Below, one piece after another: positions 39,294 through 51,486 of a stretch of 64,000 nucleotides of DNA. Numbering within the stretch: position 1 is the first letter of the stretch; the number at the start of each line of letters is the position of its first letter. Origin of the DNA: Octopus vulgaris (lineage: Eukaryota); assembly GCA_951406725.2 (NCBI GenBank), contig OX597822.1:86428001-86492000 (forward strand), read 5' to 3'. The notes under the pieces are model-generated. The model was not told the origin of the DNA and did no database searches. It worked only from the letters and a program-made list of their open reading frames with translations. The translations under genes and the position numbers were made by a program.

Positions 39294-40084
39294 ACACACA
39301 CACACACACATATATAGCAATAACAATAACAATTCTTGGTTGGAATTTATAAATATTTTAATGCATCGCTACAGAATAATAAAATAGTAGCTTTTACATG
39401 CATATTCAAAATGTTTCCTGTAAACAAACTCAAAGGATATATTATATAAATATATATATAATGAGGTGGTGAAGCATAATCTTCGAACATTGGGCCTCAC
39501 AGAGGCAATGACGAAAGACAGAGACCTCTGGAGATATGCTGTGACTGCGAAGACCTGGCAAATAAAGTGAGTTCACATCTGTAACCTACACCAGTGTCGC
39601 ATAACCAGCCCCAGCCTATTCAAAAGTACCTTGGATCGTAGGACGACATGATGTGCTTGAGACCTGTTGAGTCAAGTACATCAAAATAAAAATCAAATGG
39701 AAATTGTAGTTGTGATCCCCATGCTGGTGGCACATAAAAAGCACCATCTGAACGTGGCTGATGCCAGCACCACCTTGACTGGCTTCCATGCTGGTGGCAT
39801 GTAAAAAGCACCAACCGATTGTGGTCATTGCCAGCCTCCTCTGCACCCTGTGCCAGTGGCATGTAAAAAGCACCTACTACACATTAGGAAGGGCATCCAG
39901 CTGTAGAAACACTGCCAGATCAGACTGGAGCCTGGTGCAGCTTCATGGCTTCCCGAACCCCAGTCGAACCGTCCAACCCATGCCAGCATGGAAAACGGAT
40001 GTTAAACGATAATGATGATGATATGTTGTTTTTGTATTTGGTTTGCAAGATTCTTTATGTGAATTCATGTATTGAAGCATATCT

Positions 40085-40318
40085 TATTTGTGTCTTGGTG
40101 GGGGAGGGGGTCATTCTGTTTTAATGACCCGGTTCAATTTTCACTCATTTACTTTTTCTAAAATTTACGTTGCTTCTTGCAACCTCTTCACTGACTATTG
40201 AAGAAGTTGCAAGAAGCAACATAAATTTTAGAAAAATAAATAAGTAAATGAGTGAAAATCAAACCAGTGTGTTAATTTATATGGCATTAAAACAGAATGA
40301 CTCCCCCCAGACACAATA
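40085..40318. repeat. Fold-back inverted repeat adjacent to (TA)n
   Basis: Inner arms ttttcactcatttact...ttgcaacctcttca / tgaagaagttgcaa...agtaaatgagtgaaaa with an 8-nt loop; outer arms gtcattctgttttaatg / cattaaaacagaatgac. Confidence 0.85.
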
Positions 40319-40905
40319 ATATATATATATATATATATATACTGACTACAACCTTACCTCAAAACTAGAACCATATCAGTGACCAGGTTGCAATTGGTAC
40401 AAAGACAACTTTGATAGGAAATAATAAATGCCAAAATGAAGTTAACAGTCTTTTTGTGTGTTCCATGCTGCAGTTGTTAAATATTTCAAATCATTTAGTC
40501 ATATACTCTTATGTTTTTGTTCAGTCAAACTATTAGAGAAATAATGGTTTCTGATTTTGGTGCAAGGCTAGCAATTCTGAAAGTGGGGGTTAGTTGATAG
40601 CACCAACCCCAGTATATGACTGATACTTTATTTAATTAACCCTGAAAGGACAAAAGGCAGAGATTCAAAACAAATACAACAAAGTATTTTTTCTTGATGT
40701 TCTAAAAAGAAGGATTTCTTGATGTAAAAGGATGTTTGGTGAGTAAAAATGTGCACGCTTCATCAGTTCTAGGATTAAAGGAAAAGTCAACGGTGATGAT
40801 GATGATGATGACAAAAGACTATGTTAATGACAATAATATTGTTGTTGTTATTATTGTTATTCTCTTTTTCTTTAAACTGAACTGTTGTTTTCTTTTGTTT
40901 TCTAG

Positions 40906-41053
40906 GTACTTGAAGAACTTGGTGTATTAAATAATACGAAACGCTTGGCTGGTGCAAGTGCTGGGGCAATGGTTGCTGCATTAATCAGTGTTGGCGTTTC
41001 AAGCAATGAACTCTTGGACTACTTAAGTCAAGACATTGGCAAGTTGATGCTTG
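40906..41053 (+). CDS. Patatin-like phospholipase, coding exon 2 (nucleophile GxSxG)
   Basis: Polypyrimidine tract ...ttttctag|, VLEELGVLNNTKRLAGASAGAMVAALISVG...GKLML, donor G|gtaagt; 148 nt, phase 0 to 1. Confidence 0.92.
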
Positions 41054-43129
41054 GTAAGTACTACTATAACATTTTGGTAGAATGTGTGGCCGTCATATTC
41101 ATAATAGGGATATTGATATACTGCTGTGATAATTTAGTAGAAGGTGTGGTCATTATCACTTGCCGGTTCAGATTAAAGTAGAATGGTGCCTATAATATAT
41201 GCTATAAAGGTGTAAGGAATTTTCTACATTTAGAAAATGAAACTCCAAACAGTTGTCTGTTATCAAATGATATGATTCAAACTCCATGGCATCTTACTTG
41301 ATGCCAATCTGAGAAGCAATATCAGTTTTAAACAGTTCTGTAAACTCTACAAATTCTTCATTAAATCCTTTTCTTACTTCTTTGAGATATATGACAGGAT
41401 TTGATTATGTCTTTAGGCCTGGATAATGCTGAGATATTGGGAGGTTCTGTGGCATTCTATGAATAATGGAAAAAATTTTTCTGAGAAGGCATTTGAGATT
41501 CAACAAGTGAAGGAAGACTGCTGGAACCTCTGAAAGCATCAAACACTTGGTTTTGCTTGTCTTCTCTTTGAATTTATTATTGATAATCTGCAAACTTAGT
41601 CATATCTTTGGCTTTTGCTCAATGGAATATATCCAGATTGCAAAGAAGCGCTGGTCATTTGAAAATACTTTGATACTTTATTCAACTCTATGACCATTCC
41701 TGTTTCCAACTCCATCTTGGTTGAAAGAAGTCCATGAACCTGTTGTCAATGCTCTCTCTTCCGATCATTATTGGAAATATCTTCTTAGAGGAAATGTATT
41801 ATATAATTACTTCAAAATTAAAATGATTAAATTGTAGAACCAGTCTTACATTGAAATATTCCCATAAATATAGAAAAGCATTTAAATATTTCAGTAGTAA
41901 ATAACACCTTAATTATAATTGCTTTTCCTATAATCTAATAAGCATAATTTCTCTAAACTGTTTTTAGCATACATAAATAGCTAAATAACTAAATGTCATG
42001 ATATAGAATTTCTATGTTTATTTTTTATTGTTTTGTTATCTACTGATGCCTTCATAAGTTTAAAAAGTAAACTGGCTTTTCTTAGAATATTAAATTTCTT
42101 GTTTCTGTGTTCTTTTTGTATGTGTTCACGTATCATAGATATTATTTCAGTCTACTTTGAATTGAACTGGTTTTGGGTTACCTTAGTAACATGAATTTTC
42201 AGATATATTGGTTCAACTGATATTTTGTCCTCAATCCTGTCCTAACGGCCATGTTTCTCTGTATCATTGCTATCCGGTAGCTCCACCCCACTCTCTCTCT
42301 CTCTATATATATATCCAGGTTTTCGCTACTCACTTCTCACTCCCCCTCTTCACTCTCTAATCATGCTTCTTTCACAATATCCTGCCACTTATATTATGAT
42401 ATTCAAACTTCAAGGGTTTGCCCTGGCACTTACCACCATCTATATCTCTCTCTGCCTGGCACTTTTGCCATCATCTCTATCCTGCTATCTCCCACTCTCT
42501 CTCTCTTCTTCTCCTGCTCTTTCCTGAGGTTGGATAACCATGTATCTCCTTTGCAGCAGCACACCGGTTCCCAACTTCATTCCTGATCTCTCTTTCTCTC
42601 CCCCAACCTCTGGCTGGGTAACCTTGTACCTCCTCCACAGCAAGATACTTGTTTCCGTCTTTCTGCCTTACTCTAACCTTTCATCATCTGACACAAGATC
42701 ACCTCCTCCAATACCCCTCCCCTCTCAAGAGTTTTTGGTCTTGCAAGGTACTTGGTGACCTGTCAGTACAGGTGCACTTAAAAAGCATCAAGTCAACACT
42801 GTGAAGTGGTTGGCATTTGGAAGGGTATCCAGCTGTAGAAACCTTGCCAAAACTAACCTCGCCTGAGCTTGTGCCATATAAAAAGCACTAAGTCCCCTCT
42901 ATTGGGTGGTTGGTGTTAGGAAGGGCATCCAGCTGTAAAAATCCTGCCAAAACAGTCACAGAAGTCTGGTGCAGGCTTCTGCTTGGCCAGCTCCTGTCAA
43001 ACTGTTCCACCCATGCCAGCATGGAAAGTGGATGTTAAACGATGATGATGATAATGATTATCTATATCCACTCTATATCTCCCTCCAGCATATCTCTCTC
43101 TTTCATTGTCTTAGGCACATACCCACATA

Positions 43130-43470
43130 GAGGCTGTATCTGTGTGGTAAGAAGCTTGCTTCCCAGTCACATGGTACCGGATTCAATCCCAGTGTGTGAC
43201 ACCTTGGGCAGGTAACCTCATGAGTGGATTTGGTAGATGGAAACTAAAAGAAGCCCATTTTATGTGTATGTTTGTCTCCCACCACCACTTGACATGTGCT
43301 GGTGTGTTTAACATTCCTGTAACTTAGCAATTTGGCAAAACAAACCAATAAAATAAGTGTTGGGCTTAGCAAGAAACATTATGTCTTGGGGTCAATTCAT
43401 TCAACTAAAAATTCTTCAAAGTTGTGCCCCAGCATGGCTGGAGCTTAATGATTGAAACAAGCAAAAGATA
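43130..43470 (+). mobile_element. SINE family A, diverged
   Basis: ctgtgtggtaagaagcttgc...ggattcaatccc...gtgccccagcatggc...gaaacaag. Confidence 0.78.
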
Positions 43471-43550
43471 AAAGATATATATCTAAATATATTGACACAA
43501 TAGAAACAATTGTTGGTAATGTACAGATGTGACTTCCTCCAGTCTGGTTC

Positions 43551-43580
<30 letters not shown>

Positions 43581-43584
<4 letters not shown>

Positions 43585-44212
43585 CTTGCTCTTCCTCCTC
43601 CCTCCCGTCGTTGACCCGCGACGAGAGCTCTGCTACTGCCTTTCTGGCCTGGCGTCCTTGAAGTGTAGACAGCATTTTCTGTTGCTCCTTCGCCGTTCTC
43701 AAAAATAGCTTTCGTAACACTATCTCGTTCGGCTTAACAGCCCTTCTTGTCTTGTTATTCTCCTTGTCCTGTCCTTTACTGTTTATATTTTGTACTGTCG
43801 TTACTGTCCTGTTTTTGTTACCATTTTTACCCCTCCGCAAAAAGATCTCAAATTTTATTTAATTTGCTTTTCGCGGGAAGGAAAGTTTCTATTGAAGATG
43901 CATATCGCATTCACCTTTGAAACCCAGAGTAGATGAAACCATGGTGACTGAAGAAGGGGAATTTTCCTTGTGTTATTTGTCCTGTACTCTATTTTTTCGT
44001 TGTTTAAGAAAAATGTCCAGTTTCTTGGTTTTGTGTTTATGTTTTCGTTTCTCATTGTGTTCAACGTTTTTTTGGTGTCCTGTACCCATATATGCATGTA
44101 TATATACATGTAGAGGTAGGTACATACATATATGTATGTATATATGCATATGTTTTATTTATTAATTTATTATATGACGGAACGCACGCATCCATTTCTA
44201 ACTAAGATTGTT

Positions 44213-44215
<3 letters not shown>
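43581..44215 (+). mobile_element. Probable Penelope-like 3' end between (TA)n tracts
   Basis: TL...FGLN-like end motif at about 43715-43740; its tail (aaaatgtccagtt...tgttttattt) recurs at 15407-15570. Confidence 0.45.
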
Positions 44216-44279
<64 letters not shown>

Positions 44280-44499
44280 TACATATACATATATACAACA
44301 CAATACACTACAAATATATATATATATATATATATACATATATATACAATATATATATATATATATATACATACATACATATATATACATATACATACAT
44401 ATATATACACATACATATATATAACATACATATATATACACATACATATATATACACATACATATATATATACATATATATATATACATACATATATAT

Positions 44500-44572
<73 letters not shown>
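44216..44572. repeat. Compound (TA)n/(TACA)n microsatellite
   Basis: Direct observation; similar tracts at 15575-15790 and 48728-49195. Confidence 0.95.
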
Positions 44573-44600
44573 CTTTATTTTAAGCAGCAGAAAATTCAAC

Positions 44601-44648
44601 AAAATCTGTTACTCTGAGTTTCCCGTTGCCGTTCATCAGGCAGTTTTT
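44601..44648 (-). ncRNA. Minimal type-I hammerhead ribozyme motif (minus strand)
   Basis: AAAAACUGC-CUGAUGA-A-CG(GCAA)CG-G-GAAA-CUCAGA-GUA-ACAGAUUUU: stem I 7/9 paired, near-palindromic stem III, triplet GUA; abuts the (TA)n tract. Confidence 0.62.
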
Positions 44649-45481
44649 GCTAGAATGGAACCGATATATCAATTCAATCTAGACTCTTACAAACGCTACA
44701 CCTTTAAAAAAAAAATGGACTTGTTTGATTGGCCCTTTAGAAAAAACGGTCAATCTTCGAGCGATAAACAAAAAGGTCAAAAATATATGTATATATATAT
44801 AAAAACTTATAAAAATTTATAAAAATTATAAAATTCGAGGAAAAAACCTTACATTGAATAAAATACATATTGACGTTAATGAAGAAAGTATAATTAAAGC
44901 ATAGAAATTAAAACCTATTATAAATATTACACTGCAATACATATTTATATTAAAGTGTACATATATATATCAACATACACAGAAGGATGCGTGCAAACGC
45001 CATACATATACAGACGTATACATATAAATCTAAAATATACACATAAATGCATGCATACATATATGCACGCAATCCATCTCGCACGCAAGTTAAAATCATC
45101 TATGTAGCGATTCTCATATACTGAGTAAGGGGGACGTAGAGTTGCATCAGTATCAGTTAGAGAAAAAAACGAAAGAAAGGAAGAGAGAGAAGAAGGGGGA
45201 AGGAAAAATAACATGAAATAAACAAAGTCGAAGGTTTTTCCTAATGTATATGTAGAAATATAAGACTTTGCTAATCCGTATAGCTGTACTTTGGCCAAGG
45301 ATATAATATGATAGCAATGATATTAGTATTACTATATGAAGTTGGGGCAAATATCAGTGTTTGACCAGTGTTTTGGCTGTAGTTATCCTACTTCTGTTGT
45401 GAGGCACCCTGTCCTAAGACATAAGATTTAAAACTTGTGGTCCCATTTTAAAATCAGTAAAAAGTTTATTGTGTGTGTGTG

Positions 45482-45513
<32 letters not shown>

Positions 45514-45923
45514 AAGAGAGAGACAGACAGACAGACAGAGAGCTTCCACATTGAATAGGTTTTGGTAAGGCAATTATGTCCCCGACATACATATAATGTG
45601 GTGTTTAAAGTACAGAGGTAAGAATGCTGGGTTACAAGACATATTATTGTATCAGTCATATAGTTCTCTGTTGCATTCTTGCTGAGACTAAAGTATAATT
45701 TTAATGCTACTTTACTCAATAAAAATATACCAGTAATATATTAGGATAATGTAAATTATATACTACACTTTTCCAATTTTTATAAAAATGAGTTTGTGCT
45801 AAACAAAGAATCCACAGTGAAGTTTAAATATTACATTTGTTTCATGGAGCAATGAAATATGTATCTTGTTACCTAAACTTTAATTAACTATCATATTGTT
45901 GCTTATAAATTTATTTCTTGCAG

Positions 45924-46060
45924 ATCATAAATGGGGATATTTAAGCCTTTTACCAAACCTACTCAAAGACTATGGCTGGAATCCTGGCAAAAAAATTGAT
46001 GAATGGTTTCGCAAAGTATTTTTGGAAAAAACTGGGAATCCAAATATTACTTTCTGGGAG
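45924..46060 (+). CDS. Patatin-like phospholipase, coding exon 3 (not in ORF track)
   Basis: ttcttgcag| acceptor, (D)HKWGYLSLLPNLLKDYGWNPGKKIDEWFRKVFLEKTGNPNITFWE, donor GAG|gtgagt; 137 nt, phase 1 to 0, in frame with both neighbours. Confidence 0.88.
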
Positions 46061-46700
46061 GTGAGTATTTTCTAACTTTCTGATTGGTCATTTGTCATCA
46101 TCACCATCGCTGCCATCGTTGTTTAACGTCTGTCATCCATGCTAGCATGGGTTAGATGGTTTGACCAGGGCTGGTAAACTGGAAGGCTGCACCAGACTCC
46201 AGTCTGATTTGGCATGGTTTCTACAGCTGGATGCCCTTCCTAATGCCAACCACTCTGAGAGTTTAATGGGTGCTATTATGTGCCACCAGCACAGGTGCCA
46301 TTTGTGTGACACCAGTATCTACCCCAACTGTGATTTTACTTGGCTTGATGGGTCTTCTTCTCAAGCACAACATAATGCCAAAGGTCTCGGTCATTCATGA
46401 TTGCCTCCATGAAGCCCAACTCTCGAAAGATGCTTTTTACATTCCACTGGCACAGGTGCCAGTTATGTGACACCAGCGTCAGCCACAACTACTTGGCATG
46501 ACAGGTCCTCTCAAGCACAGCACATCACCAAATGTTTTGGTCACCAGTCATTGCCTCTGTGAGGCCCAAAGTTCAAAGATCATGCTTCACCACTACTTCC
46601 CATGGGTCTACTTCTACCACAGGTTCCCTCCACAGTTAGAGATTGGCACTTCTTTACACAGCTGTCCTCATTATAATTAAAAATAGATATTATTAGCCAA

Positions 46701-48000
46701 CACTGGACAACAAAGATTTTGCATGTAGTTTAGACTAAATTGAGGATGCTGGTTCTGAATCTGCACTCAGAATTGTTCTAGCATGTCAAGATTTTGAGTT
46801 ATGCACATGCACAAGATTATAACTATACTTTCGGCTAGATATAGGCCATATTATAAAATTTGCTAAAATGAAAGCGGTCTTAATTTAAAATTAAAGAAAT
46901 AACAGCAATAAAACAAACAATGCAAAAGTTCATTATTTAGTTTAGCAATAGATGGCACTGACGTTTTGTGTGCAAGCGCCAAATACGTCAGTTTGTTCTT
47001 GGTAACTCTCAGTGTCGTTTGCCCTGCCATCACGTGTGCTATGTGTATCTCTTGCTCTGCGTGATTACTGTTTTAACTGTGTTCATTGCATTAGATCATG
47101 AATAGGAGAGGCTGTGTGAATCACCCAGACAACTTTTGTTATGTCTGTGGAAAATTTGCTCCACATGACCAGCAGTAGAACATTGCCACCAAAGATCTTC
47201 CTTCCACCCTTTCACATCAAACTCAGCCTCACGAAAAACTTTGTAAAAGCAATGACACATGATGCTTGTGGCTTCCAGTACCTAAGAGTAAAATTTGGTG
47301 AAGAGAAAAGTTACGAAAAACTGAAAGCAGGCATTTTCACTGGAACCGAGATCAGAGAATTGATGTCTGATCGCAAATTCAGAGGTAGACTGAATCCAGT
47401 TGAGCTGACAGCATGGGATTCATTTGTGTTAGTTGTACAGAACTTTCTTGGAAATCATAGAGCTCATTTCATAAACAACATGCTAACAGTATATGAAAGA
47501 AAGGGATGCTGAATGTCCCTTAAATTGCACTTCTAGCATTCTCATCTCGATTTTTCCCAACAAATTTTGGAAATGAAGTATCAAGACCAGTCCAATCCAC
47601 AGATGATGGGTGACTACTGCTGGTTCCTAAAACGGGAGACCAGCATGATGCATAATCGCAAAAGCAAGTGTCTTAAACATTTCTGAGCTGAGCATATCAA
47701 AATTAAAATGAATATTCCCTTAACATAAATATACTATATACCATTATATTATAATACTATTTGCCTTAAACATAAATTTACTATATACAGTACCAATATA
47801 CTATTATAATAATTATTTACCTTGAACTTAACTATTCCTGATTCTAATATAGTATTAATATATAATTATGTGCATAACTCAAAATCCTGATGTGCTATAG
47901 CAATTTTGAGTTGAGATTCGGAATCAGCATACTTGATTTAGATTGGTACAGCACCATTTGTCTGGGCAGCAGACAATAAATCTTTTTTTGTTGCCCAGTG
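46701..48000 (+). mobile_element. Chapaev3-type (CMC superfamily) DNA transposon, internally deleted
   Basis: Termini cactggacaacaaa / tttgttgcccagtg with ~130-bp imperfect TIRs and a 3-bp TSD caa. N-terminal MNRRGCVNHPDNFCYVCGKF is fused to LPPFHIKLSLTKNFVKAM...GIFTG.EIRELM...FLGNHRA...GC*MSLKLHF*HSHLDF...MMGDYCWFLKRE. Confidence 0.85.
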
Positions 48001-48194
48001 CAATCACTGACATCACTCCACAATTTTAGATGTAAAAAATTTAAAGTTTAAAATTTTATCATTGCTAATATGGGGAAAAAGTTTGTTAAATGTCAGCAAA
48101 CTACTGGAAATATTAGAAAAAAAAAATTGTTTTCTTTTTTAATCAAGTTTTATGCCAGATTTTAATGTTGGTTTCATTTCCTTTCTTCTTCAAG

Positions 48195-48429
48195 ATCTAC
48201 AAACATTATGGTCGAGAATTATGTGTGGTTGTGACTAATGTTAACCACATGGCTGTTGAATATTGCCACCCAAAGACAACTCCACATATGCCAGTACGCC
48301 TGGCTGTGCGTATGTCAATGTCCATCCCCGGAATATTCAGCCCACCCAGTTATTCTGCAAATAATGGAACAAAGAAACATTATGTTGATGGAGGACTTCT
48401 GTGCAATTATCCAATCCATTCTTTTGATG
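48195..48429 (+). CDS. Patatin-like phospholipase, coding exon 4 (catalytic DGG)
   Basis: cttcttcaag| acceptor, IYKHYGRELCVVVTNVN...AVRMSMSIPGIF...YVDGGLLCNYPIHSFD, donor G|gtaagt; 235 nt, phase 0 to 1. Confidence 0.93.
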
Positions 48430-48572
48430 GTAAGTTTCATATTTCAATATGTTGGTCAAAATACCTCACAAGTTCTCCTGTCATACATCACTTTGCTATT
48501 CTTTTCTTGCAATTCGTGTCCTGACCGTTTGTCTGGACAAACTAATCCTTGTAACTTATATATACGATTGAT

Positions 48573-48727
48573 TTCTTTCAGTTTCTTTCTACGAAATCCA
48601 CTCACAAAGCTTTGGTTGGTCTGAGGCTATAGCAGAAGACACATGCCAAGTTACCACACAGTGGGAGTGAACGCAGGTCCATGTGTTTTGGAACCACGTT
48701 TCTTACCACACATCCACACCTGCACCT
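48573..48727 (-). mobile_element. SINE family A 5' half
   Basis: ttctttcagtttc...aaatccactcacaaagc...cttaccacacatccacacctgcacc. Confidence 0.8.
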
Positions 48728-48770
48728 ATATATATTTATATATATTGATATGTGTGTGTGTATAAATGTA

Positions 48771-48807
<37 letters not shown>

Positions 48808-49484
48808 GAATAAATATATGTATGTAAGTATATATATATGTGTACATATTACATATATTTACATACATATATGTACACACATATTTATACACATATATAC
48901 ATGCATACATATATTTATTCATATATATATATATATATATATATAAATATATACACATATATATATACATACTTGTATACATATATAAACATATATAACT
49001 ATATATATACATGTATATATATACATCTATACATATACATCTATATATCTACATCTACATATATACATCTACATATATACATCTGTATATATACATCTAT
49101 ACATATACTTCTATGTATACATATGTGCAGATGTAAATATATATATGTACATAATATATATTATATATGTATGCATGTATTTATGTATGTATGCCTGTAA
49201 TAGTTTCAGTATTAATAGTGAAAGTATTAAAGTGAAAGTATCTGACATTACAATAGAGAGATGTTATTGTTTCACTTTTGACACGTAATTCTGAAATAGT
49301 GGAAGATATAAGAGATTGCTATGGGCTCGCATTAGGCATGAAGTTGAACATTTTTTTGGCCCATAACACTACCTGGACCCTAAGTAAGGCATATGTAAAA
49401 TTTCAATGAAATCAATTGTGTAGTTCTTGAGTTTTAGAGATACACACAGACACACACACACCCATTCTCGTCTTTATATATATA

Positions 49485-49881
49485 CTAGCAGTATCGCCCG
49501 GCATTGCTCGGGTTGTAAGGGAAATAACTATATAAGCATTTTTAGAGAGTTATAGCCAAAAAATAGCAAAAAAATGCATTAAAAATTGAAAAAAAATTAA
49601 GGTAAATTTTTTTTTTTAAATCGTTGACACATCGTAGATATTTTTAGAGAGTTACTTCCCTTATATAAAAGCGAAAAAAATGCATTAAAATGGAAAAATA
49701 TGATGGTAAATTTTTTTTAAATCGTAGACTCATCGTAGACGCGCGCTAATACCCAGAAGGGCTCGATATGAATCACGACTATAAGATACCCGCTTTTGGT
49801 TAAACTGCACCGCAAAATGTGGGAGTAGTTATGAATCTAAACCGAAGGGGACAGACACACAACTTCACTCTTATATAAAGA
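49485..49881 (-). mobile_element. Non-autonomous Helitron, complete
   Basis: Minus strand starts TC (a|tctttatataagag) and ends CTAG|t, preceded by the hairpin cccgagcaatgccggg; inserted in an A|T site; contains an internal direct repeat. Confidence 0.8.
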
Positions 49882-49894
49882 TGCTTTTTTTTTT

Positions 49895-50210
49895 CAGTCA
49901 TAGAGTTAGATTTATGAAGGTCTTCAGTAGAAAATCCTTCGAATTCTGACTCGCTGTTTGATATAATGAAATTCGTATCCATTTTTTGTCAGAATTACAA
50001 ATTTTGAAAACACAATAGGAACAAATTTCGGAAAAAAATCTCCCATAATTCACGGAATTAAAATTACACTTCGATTTTTGTACAAAACTGTATTTGAAGT
50101 GTTTACGAAGTATAATACGTGTTTTCACGAATGTACTAAAGAGATTTACTCTGATATTCTCATTGAAATATGAATAGGTAAATTCGGGCGGTTTGGTAAC
50201 GAAAGGGTTT
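49895..50210 (-). mobile_element. piggyBac-like transposon 5' end fragment
   Basis: Terminus ggtaacgaaagggtt shared with the 25848 MITE; acidic N-terminus MDTNFIISNSESEFEGFSTEDL. Confidence 0.5.
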
Positions 50211-51486
50211 ATATAAGTGTCGTCTGTTTATACATAAACACTGTTTCATACTTTCAGTTTAGTCTTCCTCAAATCACTCTGTCGCTAATTTACTCTCTTC
50301 CAAGAACATTTTCACTCACTCTTATCTGTTAGCTTCCCATACATTTTACTCATGTATCTATCAGCGTGATAGACAGAAACAAATATTACATCTAGTTTCA
50401 CTTTATTCGTTGCACACTGTGTGTGTGCGTTTGCGTGTGCTGTAAACCAGACTAAGAAAAGCATTTGACATACACACCAGAATGTGAGTTTTCTGTAAAT
50501 TTTGCTTAATTGGAGTTTAAATTTTAAAAACTGGACCTGGCATGACCCGATGCATTCTACTCTTAAAAATGCTAGGTAAATTGTAATTGAAGAAATCCTA
50601 TATTGTAGATTTCTATAACTTACAAAGGGAGGCAGATAAAATCTGCCTTTTATAATAAGATATATATATATATAGATGATAGTGCAACATCTCAAGAAGC
50701 TCAGGCATACTTTCACCATGGCTTGCAAGTATACAGCATTGTTTGTTTGAAGAGTGAAGAAGTTTGTTTACAACCAGTGAACACAAGTGAAGACAAAGAG
50801 GAAAAAGAAACCACTCACACACACACACACACACACAGTAATTTGTCAACCAGTTTCTTTTATGAAGTATTGATTAACCCACAACAAGTGTATAGAACAC
50901 CAGCCCAACAGAGTTCACACCATGGTATTGAACCCTTAGACACGTGGTTCTAAGCAAACTTCTTAACCACATTGTCATACCTGTATGTGAATACCAGATT
51001 TTTACATATTAAATAAAGTAGCTAAAACATTAAAAAATATATTTATTCATTAATTAATGACTAGCTAACAGCTTCATAAAAACTGTACCAAACCTTATGC
51101 TTTTCTCAAAGTTAACAAAGGACTTTAAGGGGTTTGGAGAAATAATTTTGAGAGTAGGGGAGAGAGAGAGAGAGAGAGAATTGAAGAGAAGAGAAAGATG
51201 AAAGAAATAAAGGATGTGAAGAAATACAGGAAGTACAACTAAGTGGAAAAAGAAAGAGAGAGGGTGGTGGTAGGGAGATGGCTGTGGAATCTGAAACAGG
51301 ACATTGTCGGTTCAGGAAAATTTATCCTTTGGTGTGACTAAGTACAAAAATGACCTGACAAGAATGACATGGTAGTTATTTAGATAAACATGTGGTACTA
51401 CATGAGTTTACTTTTAAGAAATTAAATTAAAGCAAACACTGGATAAGCGGTAAACATAATTTATAAACTTGAGTGGTGTGTGTGCA

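Noticed and set aside
43885-43970. ttgaaga...gaaacccagagtaga and ctgaagaagggg as hammerhead cores
   Set aside because: Stems I-III could not be built consistently; at best a decayed motif.
44132-44617. Long YI/IY-rich ORFs (also 15451-15808 and 48602-49200)
   Set aside because: Translations of (TA)n microsatellites.
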